A stretch of 28,925 nucleotides of DNA from Candidatus Nanohaloarchaea archaeon (GTDB taxonomy: Archaea; EX4484-52; GLR71), in assembly GCA_030636615.1 (NCBI GenBank), contig DAOVWP010000001.1:1-28925 (forward strand). Reading direction: 5' to 3'. The notes under the pieces are model-generated. The model did not search any database, had not been told where the DNA came from, and saw nothing but the letters and a program-made list of their open reading frames with translations. A program made the translations under genes and the position numbers. Positions within the stretch are counted from its first letter, which is position 1. Each line of letters begins with the position of its first letter. This document shows, one piece after another, positions 8,622 through 18,600 of the stretch.

Positions 8622-9458
8622 ATGGGCATTAGTGAAGAATTAAGAGAAATGATAATCAAGACAGGAGTTGATAGTCTCTTAGATCTTATCGTTGAAAAAG
8701 ACGGGCTTAGTATTGCAGAAGCATCAAGGGTTCTGCAGATACCTTCAAACAAGATTGAGTCATGGGCAACAGTGCTGTCAAAAGAAAAACTTATCACTAT
8801 GAAATATGAGGCTGGCGGGAACGTTGTAATGGGTCTGAATGCCAAGAATATGAAAAGTCAACAGGATAATATCAATAAAATCTCATCAAAAGTCTCTGAA
8901 GATATTGATAAGGTAGATAATGAACTTAATTCTTATGAGCAGACAATAAATCTCAACAAGGAAAATATCAATAGTTTTGAAAAAATACTTAACAAGGATA
9001 TAAGTAAGATTGAAGATATTGAAAAAGATCTTGCATCATTTTCAAAAAATAAAAAAGAACTTGAAGCCAGTATCTTAAAGATCAAGGAAGAAGAAAAAAT
9101 ATTATTGAAAAAAGAAGAGAATCTTGAGAAAAAAGAAGTTGAGATCAGCAGTAAAGAAAAAGTGTTGAAGAGCACATCAAAAGATATTATAGATACTATC
9201 ACAGAGAAACTTAAGATAATTGATGAAAGTCATGACAAGATTGTTGCTCTCAATAATGAGAAAAACAGACTGAAAGAAGATGTGGAGTTCATCAAGAAGA
9301 TCTCAAAGGTAATAGAGAAAGAAAAAGATACTGATAAACTACATGAGAGAATAAAAACGGTCGAAGAAAAACACAAGGCACTCAAAGACAATAGTTTCCT
9401 TTTGAAAATAAAGTTTGAGAAATTCCAGGAAATTGTAAAGAAGATCTTTCAGGTATGA
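8622..9458 (+). CDS. N-terminal winged-HTH-like domain plus long coiled-coil protein
   Basis: TGVDSLLDLI...LSIAEASRVLQIPSNKIESWATVL...ITMKY has an HTH-wing pattern; the remaining about 200 aa are K/E-rich heptads. Start GTG 8619 or ATG 8622. Confidence 0.75.
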   Translation: MGISEELREMIIKTGVDSLLDLIVEKDGLSIAEASRVLQIPSNKIESWATVLSKEKLITMKYEAGGNVVMGLNAKNMKSQQDNINKISSKVSEDIDKVDNELNSYEQTINLNKENINSFEKILNKDISKIEDIEKDLASFSKNKKELEASILKIKEEEKILLKKEENLEKKEVEISSKEKVLKSTSKDIIDTITEKLKIIDESHDKIVALNNEKNRLKEDVEFIKKISKVIEKEKDTDKLHERIKTVEEKHKALKDNSFLLKIKFEKFQEIVKKIFQV

Positions 9459-9535
9459 GAGCCTAAATATATAGAGTATTTTTAACAATAGATACTATAT
9501 ATATACTTCTTGTATAAAATTACATTCAGATAGAT

Positions 9536-11374
9536 ATGGGACTAAACAAAACAAGCAAGGCGGGGAAAGTTGGAAAGAAGAAAACAAAAGATATTATAAC
9601 CAAAAATCAAAAAAAAATACATCCAAGTCTACCTGCTGAAAATAAATTAAGTAAAAATGTAGTAAAGCTTGAAGAATCCCTTAAAAAAGCAACAGCAATA
9701 AAAACAACAAAAGAAGATAATAAGGATACTGCAACAAAAATAAAAAAAGAAGTGACAGAGAAGATAACAAAACCACTGAAAGCAAAAAAAGATAATAAGA
9801 ATACTGTAACAGAAGTTAAAAATGAGAAGATAATACATAAGAAAAAAGTGGTAAAGACAAAAAATGATGATCAGAAGATAGTTGATAAATATGATCTCTG
9901 CGCAGATGGTGTAAAAGCACAGGTCCTCATAATAAAAAATAAAAATGATTATGTCCCGTTCTATAAACTTGTAAAACCAGAATTACAGGAAGCAACACAA
10001 TCAATCCTTAAAGATGTGAGGGAAAAAGTCATATCAATCGTGCAGTTGAGTGAGAATGAGTTTGTTGATCCAAAAGCCTTAAGTGAAGTCAAGAAAAGGT
10101 TTATGGAAAAATCTGATGAGATACTCAAGGAAGATCTTCCGTTCCTAAGTGAGAATGACCGAAAAGTGCTTGTGGGAAAACTTATACACCAGATGCTTGG
10201 TCTTGGTGATATTGAACTTCTTCTTACAGATTCACAAATAGAAGAGATTGTCATCAACAGATGCAATGAACCGGTCTGGATATTTCACAAAAAGCAAGGG
10301 TGGATGAAGACTTCTATCATATTCGATACAGAAGAGTCAATATATAATCTGACGAGTTCTATAGGTAGGAAGGTCGGTAGGGAGATTACAAACCTGAATC
10401 CTCTGATGGATGCACACCTGTCAACAGGAGATCGGGTAAATGCTACGATGTTTCCAATATCTTCTTTCGGAAACACTATGACGATAAGGAGGTTTTCAAG
10501 AGATCCATGGACTATTGTGAAAATGATAGATCCAAAGGTAAAGACTATGTCTGTCGAGATTGCCGCTCTGTTGTGGTTATGCATGCAGTACGAGTTAAAC
10601 ATACTTGTAGTCGGCGGTACTGCATCAGGCAAGACATCAACGCTTAATTCAATAATACCTTTTGTCCCGCCAAACCAGAGAATCGTATCCATAGAGGATA
10701 CGCGTGAGATCAAGCTGCCAAAGTTTATGCATTGGGTACCACTTTCATCAAGACAGCCAAATCCTGAAGGAAAAGGTGGAGTGCAGATGATAGATCTTCT
10801 TGCTAATGCAATGCGTATGCGTCCAGACAGGATCATTGTCGGTGAGATCAGAAGAGAAAATGAAGCAGAAGTAATGTTTGAGGCAATCAGGACCGGTCAC
10901 TCAGCTTATGCAACATTTCATGCCGATCGCGCAGAGCAGGCATATACAAGAATAACCAATCCTCCAATCAATCTTCCTGAACCTCAGGTCAGCGCGCTGC
11001 ATGTCATAATTGTGCAGTACAGACACAGGCGGCTTGGAGTACGAAGGACTATGGAATTTGCTGAAATAATACCTATGGAAGCTATTGGGAAAAATAAAGT
11101 AAATGTCATCTATAAATGGAATCCAAGAGAGGATACTTTCGATAAAGTGGGAAGACTTGTAAGGATTATGAGAGAGTTGAGCCATTATACAGGGATGAGT
11201 GATACAGAGATTGAAGATGATCTTAAAGAAAAGGAAATTATACTCAACTGGATGCTTAAGCATGAGGTTTTTGATGTAGATCCAGTTGGCAAGATATTTG
11301 CGGAATATTACAGAGATCCAAAAAGAATTGCCAGTTTTGCCAGAAGAAATAAATTACCTGATGAGTTGATATAA
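9536..11374 (+). CDS. Type II/IV secretion (CpaF/TadA/VirB11/FlaI-like) pilus assembly ATPase
   Basis: Walker A GGTASGKTS, Asp box IVSIEDTRE, Walker B RMRPDRIIVGEIR, His box GHSAYATFHA; Lys-rich N-terminal extension of about 110 aa. Confidence 0.95.
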   Translation: MGLNKTSKAGKVGKKKTKDIITKNQKKIHPSLPAENKLSKNVVKLEESLKKATAIKTTKEDNKDTATKIKKEVTEKITKPLKAKKDNKNTVTEVKNEKIIHKKKVVKTKNDDQKIVDKYDLCADGVKAQVLIIKNKNDYVPFYKLVKPELQEATQSILKDVREKVISIVQLSENEFVDPKALSEVKKRFMEKSDEILKEDLPFLSENDRKVLVGKLIHQMLGLGDIELLLTDSQIEEIVINRCNEPVWIFHKKQGWMKTSIIFDTEESIYNLTSSIGRKVGREITNLNPLMDAHLSTGDRVNATMFPISSFGNTMTIRRFSRDPWTIVKMIDPKVKTMSVEIAALLWLCMQYELNILVVGGTASGKTSTLNSIIPFVPPNQRIVSIEDTREIKLPKFMHWVPLSSRQPNPEGKGGVQMIDLLANAMRMRPDRIIVGEIRRENEAEVMFEAIRTGHSAYATFHADRAEQAYTRITNPPINLPEPQVSALHVIIVQYRHRRLGVRRTMEFAEIIPMEAIGKNKVNVIYKWNPREDTFDKVGRLVRIMRELSHYTGMSDTEIEDDLKEKEIILNWMLKHEVFDVDPVGKIFAEYYRDPKRIASFARRNKLPDELI

Positions 11375-11409
11375 ATTATCCTGAAGTTGCCAGTTGTTTA
11401 GTCGCAATA

Positions 11410-12291
11410 TTGAAAAAGGGAGGGGTGGGAGTTATAGATAAGATGAAAAGAAAGATGAAGATACCCTCCAGATTCAAGGTTTTTGCAGAATCGATTGAGC
11501 CATATTTCTCATCAGTCAAAATAGACCTTCTACGGGCACGCATAGATACTAAGCTTACTGATTTTCTTGCGGAAACCTGTTACAAGAGCTTTAATATGGG
11601 TCTCATGTTTTTAATGTGTATGGTGATTTTGGGAGTATTTACAAAAAATATTAAGATTATAGGTATGGGACTTCTTATCGGACCGATCATAACAGGATTT
11701 ATCTTTTACAGTCTCCTATATGGGCCAAAAGTCAAGGTCAACAAGAAGGCAAAACTTATTGATAAGAACCTGCCATTTGCGCTCAGGCATCTTCTGATAG
11801 AGCTTAAGTCAGGAATACCTTTATATCAGGCAATAGTTGCTATATCCACAGATTATGATGAGTTGTCTGATGAGATAAGAGATATAATAAAAGAGATAAA
11901 CAGCGGTAAGTCTGAAATTAAAGCAATTGAAGAGAGTATCTCACTATCTCCTTCAAAAAATTACAGACGTGCGTTCTGGCAGATATTGAATGCTATAAAA
12001 ACCGGTACAGATATAAGTATCACGCTTGAGTCAACAGTAGAGAACATAACACAAAGACAGCTTATAGCGATAAAACAATATGGACAGGAACTCAATCCAT
12101 GGACACTTATGTATATGATGACTGCTGTAATCGCTCCATCGCTCGGGCTTACATTCCTTATGCTTCTGTCAAGTTTTACAGGACTTAACATCCCTGAGTG
12201 GGGAATGTATATCATGTTATTTTTCCTTGCAGTGTTTCAGCTATTCTTCCTGAATGTTGTGAAGTCAAGAAGACCTATGGTGAGAATATGA
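11410..12291 (+). CDS. Type II secretion system F-family (TadB/TadC/FlaJ-like) membrane platform protein 1
   Basis: IDKNLPFALRHLLIELKSGIPLYQAI motif and several TM helices, directly downstream of the ATPase. Start may be the ATG at 11443 rather than the TTG at 11410. Confidence 0.9.
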   Translation: MKKGGVGVIDKMKRKMKIPSRFKVFAESIEPYFSSVKIDLLRARIDTKLTDFLAETCYKSFNMGLMFLMCMVILGVFTKNIKIIGMGLLIGPIITGFIFYSLLYGPKVKVNKKAKLIDKNLPFALRHLLIELKSGIPLYQAIVAISTDYDELSDEIRDIIKEINSGKSEIKAIEESISLSPSKNYRRAFWQILNAIKTGTDISITLESTVENITQRQLIAIKQYGQELNPWTLMYMMTAVIAPSLGLTFLMLLSSFTGLNIPEWGMYIMLFFLAVFQLFFLNVVKSRRPMVRI

Positions 12292-13357
12292 TTGATAACA
12301 AAAAACTCCTCAAAAAGATAGAAGATCTGAAACAGGGAGTTAGCAGCAGGACAACTGAGAAGAAGAATTATCCGAAGATAATCTATGACCTTCTGCCGGA
12401 AAAGTACAGGAAGAAGATAGAGATTGAAGCGGATTATGCTGGGATTTATACACCAATCCATAACTATTTCGCAAATGTCATGAAAGCCTGTATTGCAATT
12501 GAGTTATTACTATTATTAATTATTACTCTCTTTTTCGGTATTGGCGTGAAACTTATTTTGGTCTATATTATTCTTGCTTTAGGTGTTAGTGTTTTTGTAC
12601 CATATATTCTTCTTACAATACTTTCAGAACATAAAAAAAGAATATGGAAGAAGTGCTGCCGGATCTGCTTGTACTTGTCGCGTCAAATATAAGATCTGGT
12701 CAGACAATTGACAAGGCGTTGTTTTTCGCTGCAAGAGATGAGTTCGGTGAATTATCAGTAGATGTCAGAAAAACTGCAATGAAGATATACAGCGGAACGG
12801 ATATAGGTCATGCATTACTGCAGCTTACAAATAGAGTGAAATCGTTCAGTTTCAAGAGGACTATGAAAATGTTAGCTGAGGGATTAAAAAGCGGTGGAAA
12901 TATTGCAGTTCTGCTTGATGAGAGCGCGTCAGATATACGCAGCACAAAGATACTTCTTAAGGAAATCGCTACATCTGTGCAGATGATGATCATGTTCATA
13001 TTTATAGCAGGTGTGCTTGCATCTCCTGCAATGTTTGCCATATCAAACTATCTTATAGTTAAAATGAGTAGTATGTGGAGTGGTGTTGACTCCTCTGCAT
13101 TTGAAGGAGCAAGTGCAGGTGGTGGTCTTATGTCTGCTTTAGAATTTGGTGAAACAAGCATTTCACCGGCGTTTTTTGATATGTTTTCTATATGGTGCAT
13201 ACTTATAACCACAATCTTTGGAGGTATGATAGTGTCTCAGATCAAAACAGGCAATATCAAAGACGCTGTTAAATATTCACCTCTATTCTCTGTTATTGCT
13301 ATAGGGATATATCTTGCTATAAAATATGTACTGTTTCAACTCCTTGGGGCAGCTTAG
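12288..13357 (+). pseudogene. T2SS F-family (TadB/TadC-like) membrane protein 2, split by a one-base frameshift at the A7 run 12633-12639
   Basis: ATG at 12288 overlaps the previous stop (ATGA) with GGTGA upstream. The N-terminal part (two TM helices) goes out of frame at CAT-AAAAAAA-G; the -1 frame continues MEEVLPDLLVLVASNIRSGQTIDKAL. One extra A gives a continuous 356-aa protein (...HKKKNMEEVLPD...). Could be a sequencing error rather than a true pseudogene. Confidence 0.85.
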
Positions 13358-13359
13358 GT

Positions 13360-13500
13360 TTAGGCATTTGTTTTCATAGAGATCATATCTAGGGATATTG
13401 AGATTTGGATATGATACTGCTAAAACCGCGAGAGTCATTTGGGATTAGGCATTGTTTTCACAGATATCATATTTGTTGGATACTGAGATAGGGATATGAT
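13360..13500. repeat. Degenerate direct duplication of 56 bp (13360-13415 vs 13445-13500)
   Basis: By-eye alignment gives about 45-47 of 57 identical columns with one compensating indel pair. The right copy is the last 56 nt of the 13445..14341 gene including its stop. Confidence 0.85.
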
Positions 13501-14341
13501 CACAGATATATTCAATTATCAGTTCACTGTCGTATTCTTCCATTTCTGTCTCGTCGTATCTTGATACAAGAATCACTTTAGTGTCGTCTAATCCTTTTTC
13601 TTCTATGAGATATACATAATTATATCCTTCAAGAGTGGGAAATCTCTGAGTTATGTCTCCTATGAGATCCTGGAAGATCTTGGATGAATATGGAGCATGC
13701 ACTTCAAGAACAACACGGTTGTTGTTCAAGAGAACTCTTTCCTCTGAATAGCTTATCTCATCTCTTGATATAACCTGCTCGGTCTGGGAAAGGATAGCAA
13801 TGATCTCATCCTCACTTAATTCCTTATCCAGTTCATCTGCGCCTGATGAGAAAATCTCTTTTATACGGCAATAATCATAATTATCCCTTACTGTCGGATG
13901 AAGATTATCGCATATGAATGTTCCAATAACATCCCTGTTAAAATATGACAACTCGGTTGTATTATATTTTCCTCTAAGGATTATTGTACCTGCTGAAGAA
14001 GAATCGTTCATCTCTTCAACAAAAACAAAACTTACATTTCCTTTATTAGACTCCAATGGCTCGAAATCTTCAAGAACTGTCTTATACTCTTCCTGAAAAT
14101 CTGAATCTGGCGGAAGTTCTATGAAAACCGAATATTTGCCAAGAAGAATATTTTTCTCCTCGAAAGAGAGTTCGCCTTCTTTAATTATCTGTTTGGTGTC
14201 TGCATTCTGTGGAGAGTATATTTCCCCGTAGAAAATCGCGCCCACCATAACTGATACGACAACAAGGGAAGTCATACCTATCATCAATATATACTTATTC
14301 TGCGGCTTTTTCTGACTGTAGTCTTTCAATAATTTCTTCAT
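13445..14341 (-). CDS. N-terminally membrane-anchored acidic protein with two internal repeats of about 100 aa
   Basis: Basic N-terminus, then a single TM (ILMIGMTSLVVVSVMVGAIFY). Two repeats start SFEEKNILL / SYSEERVLL and end ICDNL...YDYC / ICDHI...YDIC. Confidence 0.8.
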   Translation of the reverse strand: MKKLLKDYSQKKPQNKYILMIGMTSLVVVSVMVGAIFYGEIYSPQNADTKQIIKEGELSFEEKNILLGKYSVFIELPPDSDFQEEYKTVLEDFEPLESNKGNVSFVFVEEMNDSSSAGTIILRGKYNTTELSYFNRDVIGTFICDNLHPTVRDNYDYCRIKEIFSSGADELDKELSEDEIIAILSQTEQVISRDEISYSEERVLLNNNRVVLEVHAPYSSKIFQDLIGDITQRFPTLEGYNYVYLIEEKGLDDTKVILVSRYDETEMEEYDSELIIEYICDHIPISVSNKYDICENNA

Positions 14342-14372
14342 AATGCATCACTATCGTTCTATCATCCAATTA

Positions 14373-15608
14373 TCAATATATGAGGGATTGAGCACCCATT
14401 GAAGTTATATGATCATTATCCAGCATGAACCATGACAGTTCATTACTTACACCCATAAGGCGGTTAATACTGCCTGAATATCCTGAAAAGTAAAGATAAT
14501 CAATTGCAGTGTTGTTGAGTCTCATTGACTGCGGAAGTGATCTCAGATCCACAAAGGTTGCAAGGCCATAAGATGTTACATTATAATCCGGACTCATAGC
14601 AGATGAGCATTCAAACCGGTCAAAAAATGATGGGGCATCAAGGTCTTCAAAATAGCAGCCGGATTCTATTTCAGATAAGATATTGTTGAACCATACACTA
14701 CCTGACGAGTTGATCATCACAAAATAATCATTATCCTGCGCAGAAGCAAGCGCGCCTGCAACTATTTCTATTACAGGAACACTCAGATCAGTAGTATTGA
14801 TGTTCTCTTCAAACACAAGGCCTCTGAATGAGTTGAGATCAGTTGTGTCAAGACCGTCCTTGTTTGCTGAGACAAATATTTTGTTTCCTGCATCAGGACT
14901 ATTTATATCTGTAGTCACATATCCGCTGATAAATGGCTCAGAGAAACTTTCACTGATGCCTGAGTCAATGAAACCAAGCCGTTCTGTATGGTTGCAGATA
15001 TTGAATTTGCGTATGATATAGCTGTTGCTGTAAACAGAGAGATAGGGATCTTCAAACAGATCTATCCGGAGCAGCTGGCTGATAATATATGATTTATTGA
15101 ATGTTATTTCAACACTTGGATCTGAAGCTATGAAATTAACACTGCTTGTTATGTTCAGGGTAAATGGTGATGACGATGTGTTAAATGATATGGAATGTAT
15201 GTCTACTGTGCAGTCTATACCTATATCGCTGCTCATGAATACTACATTCTGTATCCAGTCGTCAAGGGTTGAGCCATTGAGAATATGTGAAGGCGTTCCG
15301 TTTATTGTGCCGTTAAAAATAGTCTCTAAAAATACTGCTGAAACATTGTCCACACATTTACCATCTGTGATTGTCTGACTTGTTGTTGCAATTATTGCTC
15401 TTTTCGTTGATATGATAATAGATCGTTCGATATCTTTTCTCAGGTCTGCCATAAAGAAATATAGTTCATCGCTCCTGAGCTTTGAGATCATCTCATCAGA
15501 AGTTCGCTGGTTTTCAGTATTTACATAAAATATAATCGGCGCAAAGGTTGCAATAACAAAAAGCGCGAACAGAGTATATATTACACCTTTTCTTCTTATC
15601 TTAATCAC
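14373..15608 (-). CDS. Large prepilin-like protein with class III signal peptide (RRKG/VIYTL), 411 aa
   Basis: RKG followed by a hydrophobic helix, a long amphipathic helix, and a C-terminal APSFFDRF motif. GTG start overlaps the vWA gene stop by 8 nt. Confidence 0.82.
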   Translation of the reverse strand: MIKIRRKGVIYTLFALFVIATFAPIIFYVNTENQRTSDEMISKLRSDELYFFMADLRKDIERSIIISTKRAIIATTSQTITDGKCVDNVSAVFLETIFNGTINGTPSHILNGSTLDDWIQNVVFMSSDIGIDCTVDIHSISFNTSSSPFTLNITSSVNFIASDPSVEITFNKSYIISQLLRIDLFEDPYLSVYSNSYIIRKFNICNHTERLGFIDSGISESFSEPFISGYVTTDINSPDAGNKIFVSANKDGLDTTDLNSFRGLVFEENINTTDLSVPVIEIVAGALASAQDNDYFVMINSSGSVWFNNILSEIESGCYFEDLDAPSFFDRFECSSAMSPDYNVTSYGLATFVDLRSLPQSMRLNNTAIDYLYFSGYSGSINRLMGVSNELSWFMLDNDHITSMGAQSLIY

Positions 15609-18600
15609 CTATTGATAATGTAGTGACAATCGGACCCCATAGCCAAGGTATGTCTGAGATGAATGAAGGTCTGAAGTTTATATTGTCTGAAATAAGCACA
15701 ACATCAAGACGATGGTCCATATTGTTGTCAAGCGTTTCAAAAAGCCTGTATGCCGCATCAATATAGGCATCATCAGTTGTCAGTGTCTGGCTTGAGTTGG
15801 TATAGTAGCATAGGTCTGATCCTGAATAGTCTGACGGAACAGTTATGTTTGTTGTGGTTGCATCATAAAATTCTACTTCCCAGATACACCCCTCGGATTC
15901 TGTGAACACTTCACCATAATCAACATAAGATCTTACTTTCAGCTTGTAGATTATCTTGTTATCAGGCGATCCTCCTTTTGGATTGTTTGGATCCAGTCCT
16001 GTCCTGACATTTACATAATTGTATTTTCCGGAAGAAATATACTGCAAAGGTATGTCTATTATGAACGGATCACCAAGAGACTGGTAAAGTGAATTGTAAT
16101 CATATAGTGAATATATTACTGAGCCGTTTGATGTAATGTCTGAAGAGATATTAATCTCATCAGTCCACCATTCTGAAGAGTAGGATATAACTTTTGCCTG
16201 AGAAACATGAGTGTTGTTGGGCACCATAAGTTGTCCTCTTTTAAAAGGCATATCTATATCATCTCCTGAAAAAGAACTGAATAATCCTGATTCCATATCA
16301 AGTGTGATGTTACCATAATTTTCAGATGATTCCTGTATGTATGAGTAAGATATGTTTGATATCGGATAAAGAATAATGTTGCTGAAATCACCTGTGAGCG
16401 TGGCAACCTGAGAATCATATCGCACAAGCGCGTTGGCAATACTTTCATATATCAGTATAAGCTGTTGGGCATCATTGCTTAAATAGTAATCTCCTCTTCC
16501 GCAATCCGCTATTCCTCTCATAGTAAAAGCATCAGATTCACTTCCGAAACCAATAGCATGTATAATAACACCATAGTCTCTGTGCAGATCGCATGCCGCT
16601 TTTATCGCATCGACAGAACTGCTGCCTGTACTCTGCGCGGCGCAGGATGTAGTAGCTGCGCCATCGCTCATGACTATTATAAACTTGTTCCTTAGATCTG
16701 TAAGTATCAGCTCAAGATCAAACTTGGCTGAGACATTTGGATTTACAAGTTCTACTGCAATTACATTATCACCAATAACAAGATTTGATGTTCTAATCAC
16801 AATCTCTTCGCTGTTCCAGTACTTTGCTGGTGTATCATCGTGTGATTGTTCATGAACAAGATTACCATTTATGTATACATTTGCATAACCATCAGCAAGA
16901 AGGTTCAAAAGAAGTTTCATCTCAGTCATGTTGGTTATATTGAAATGCTTCCTGAAGTAATAGGTATCTGTTCCGCTTGAGTTGACAAGCTTGAGACAGA
17001 TGTTATCAAATAGGATTTCTATACCTTCATTATCGCTCTTTGTCCCGCTCCTGTTTACCCAATCTACTATGCCACCAAGACTGAGATAGTATTTGCCTGA
17101 TCCTGCAACATATTCTGTAATGTCCTGACTGAAATGGCCACTATTTGGATCAGGAGCGAAACCGGATGATGGACTTGTCGAAGATGCCCAGACCTCATTT
17201 GTCTCATCAGACATGTTGTCAAGGTTTCTTCCAAGATAATTTGAAGTGGAATTATAATCAATCCTGGCTTTTATCCATGCAAACTCTTCAAGATCATTGT
17301 CCTCATCATCAACAGTCCAGTCGAATCCTATATGGAGTTCAGCGCCTGAGCTGATCATGTCATACTGTTGAGTTGTTATGTTGAAATCAATTCCCCATGC
17401 TCCACTGGCAATATATTCACTGTATCCTGTGTCAAATCCGCCAATCTTTACGCTGATCGACCCGGCCGTAATCTGATCTGATGCGCCATTAGGGTCACCA
17501 TGTATTGTAAAGCTTTCAGGCATGTTATTGTAGTCTGTGAATGGGTTGTCTGCCCAATCCCAGCCATCCTGCGCCCCGCTAAGTCCGAATGTGTTGGCAG
17601 TATAGTTGAGAGCGCTGAAAGTTACGCATTCTGAAGAAGATGAAGGAGAGCAGTTTTTTTCCCATAGATCTGCAACAAAGTAGTCTGTTGCATTTGAAAC
17701 GACAAAAGAAATGTTTCTGAAATACGCGCCAAGACCTTCGTTTGAACCTTTGCCGTTTGAATCTGAATCTGCCCAATCTACTTTTGCGCCGAAGTCTATG
17801 TAGTACCAGCCTGATCCGTTTATGTATTCAGAGATGTTTTCTGAAAAAGTTCCGTAATAATAACCATCCCACCCCTTCTTATGTTCGTCTACTAATGCCC
17901 ATACCTCATTTGAACTGTCTTCAAAAATTGCATCAGCTCCATGGTCTAAGTCTGAGCCGAGCCAGTTCATGTCGGTACTGTTTCCAAATCTTGCTTTTAT
18001 CCATGCGCCTTCTTCCAGATCATCATCAAGATCATCGGCGTACCATAAGAATGAATAATTGGCTGACCCATTATTGTTGATTATGTCTATCGCATATTGA
18101 GGTATGTAGAATTCTACGCCAAAAGCAGCGCTGTCAATCACATTATCCGGACTGTTGCCGTCATCTCCTATAATCACTTCAAGCTGTGTCCTGTCAGACA
18201 GACCATCATACCTATAGACACCTGAGCCAGTATTTGTATCATAGTCTGTTATGCCTTCAGGATCGCCGAACCTTGAATGATCTGATGTGGAGTCACCCAC
18301 ATAATCTCTCCACCAATCCCAACCATCATTGCTTCCTGATAGTTCAGGTGTATTGTCGGTTGAGTTAAAACCGCAGAAGAAAGTAGTTCCGTTGAACTGT
18401 GGAGTTTCCATATAACCATCCCATAGATCCATGTAGCTTTCGTTTGGATTTGATGAAGGATCAATTATTGTATTAATCAGAATTCCACTTATGTTGTCTG
18501 TGCCGAGAACTGCGTTGCCTGTACTCCACATAGATTCAAGGGAGTAATTATAATCTGACCAATTGTAATCAAGCCCGTCCGGCGCAGGAGCAATATTTGT

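Noticed and set aside
10285-10836. 183-aa antisense ORF, and similar shadow ORFs (154..528, 1211..1621, 15097..15378, 26890..27426, 27802..28206)
   Set aside because: All lie almost wholly opposite well-supported genes, lack motifs, and show the Ser/Ile/Phe bias expected from antisense reading of AT-rich codons.
12633-12640. Canonical A-AAA-AAG programmed -1 frameshift site
   Set aside because: The heptamer is in the wrong phase (zero frame AAA-AAA-AGA) and I see no obvious downstream stimulatory hairpin; kept only as a weak alternative.
12198-12692. 164-aa ORF as an independent gene starting at 12198
   Set aside because: Its first 30 codons overlap the previous gene. The ATG at 12288 has SD and ATGA coupling, and the product is the N-terminal part of the frameshifted TadB/C gene.
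9536-13357. Archaellum (flaI/flaJ) interpretation
   Set aside because: No FlaH, FlaF/G or archaellin-like genes nearby; two separate TadB/C-type proteins and non-archaellin prepilins fit an adhesive pilus.
13260-13438. Short minus-strand ORF (about 51 aa, ATG near 13438) running through the duplicated segment
   Set aside because: It runs antisense into the TadB/C 3' end and has no SD; best explained as a by-product of the duplication.
13360-13500. Mini CRISPR array
   Set aside because: Only two imperfect 56-bp copies, one of them coding, and no cas genes.
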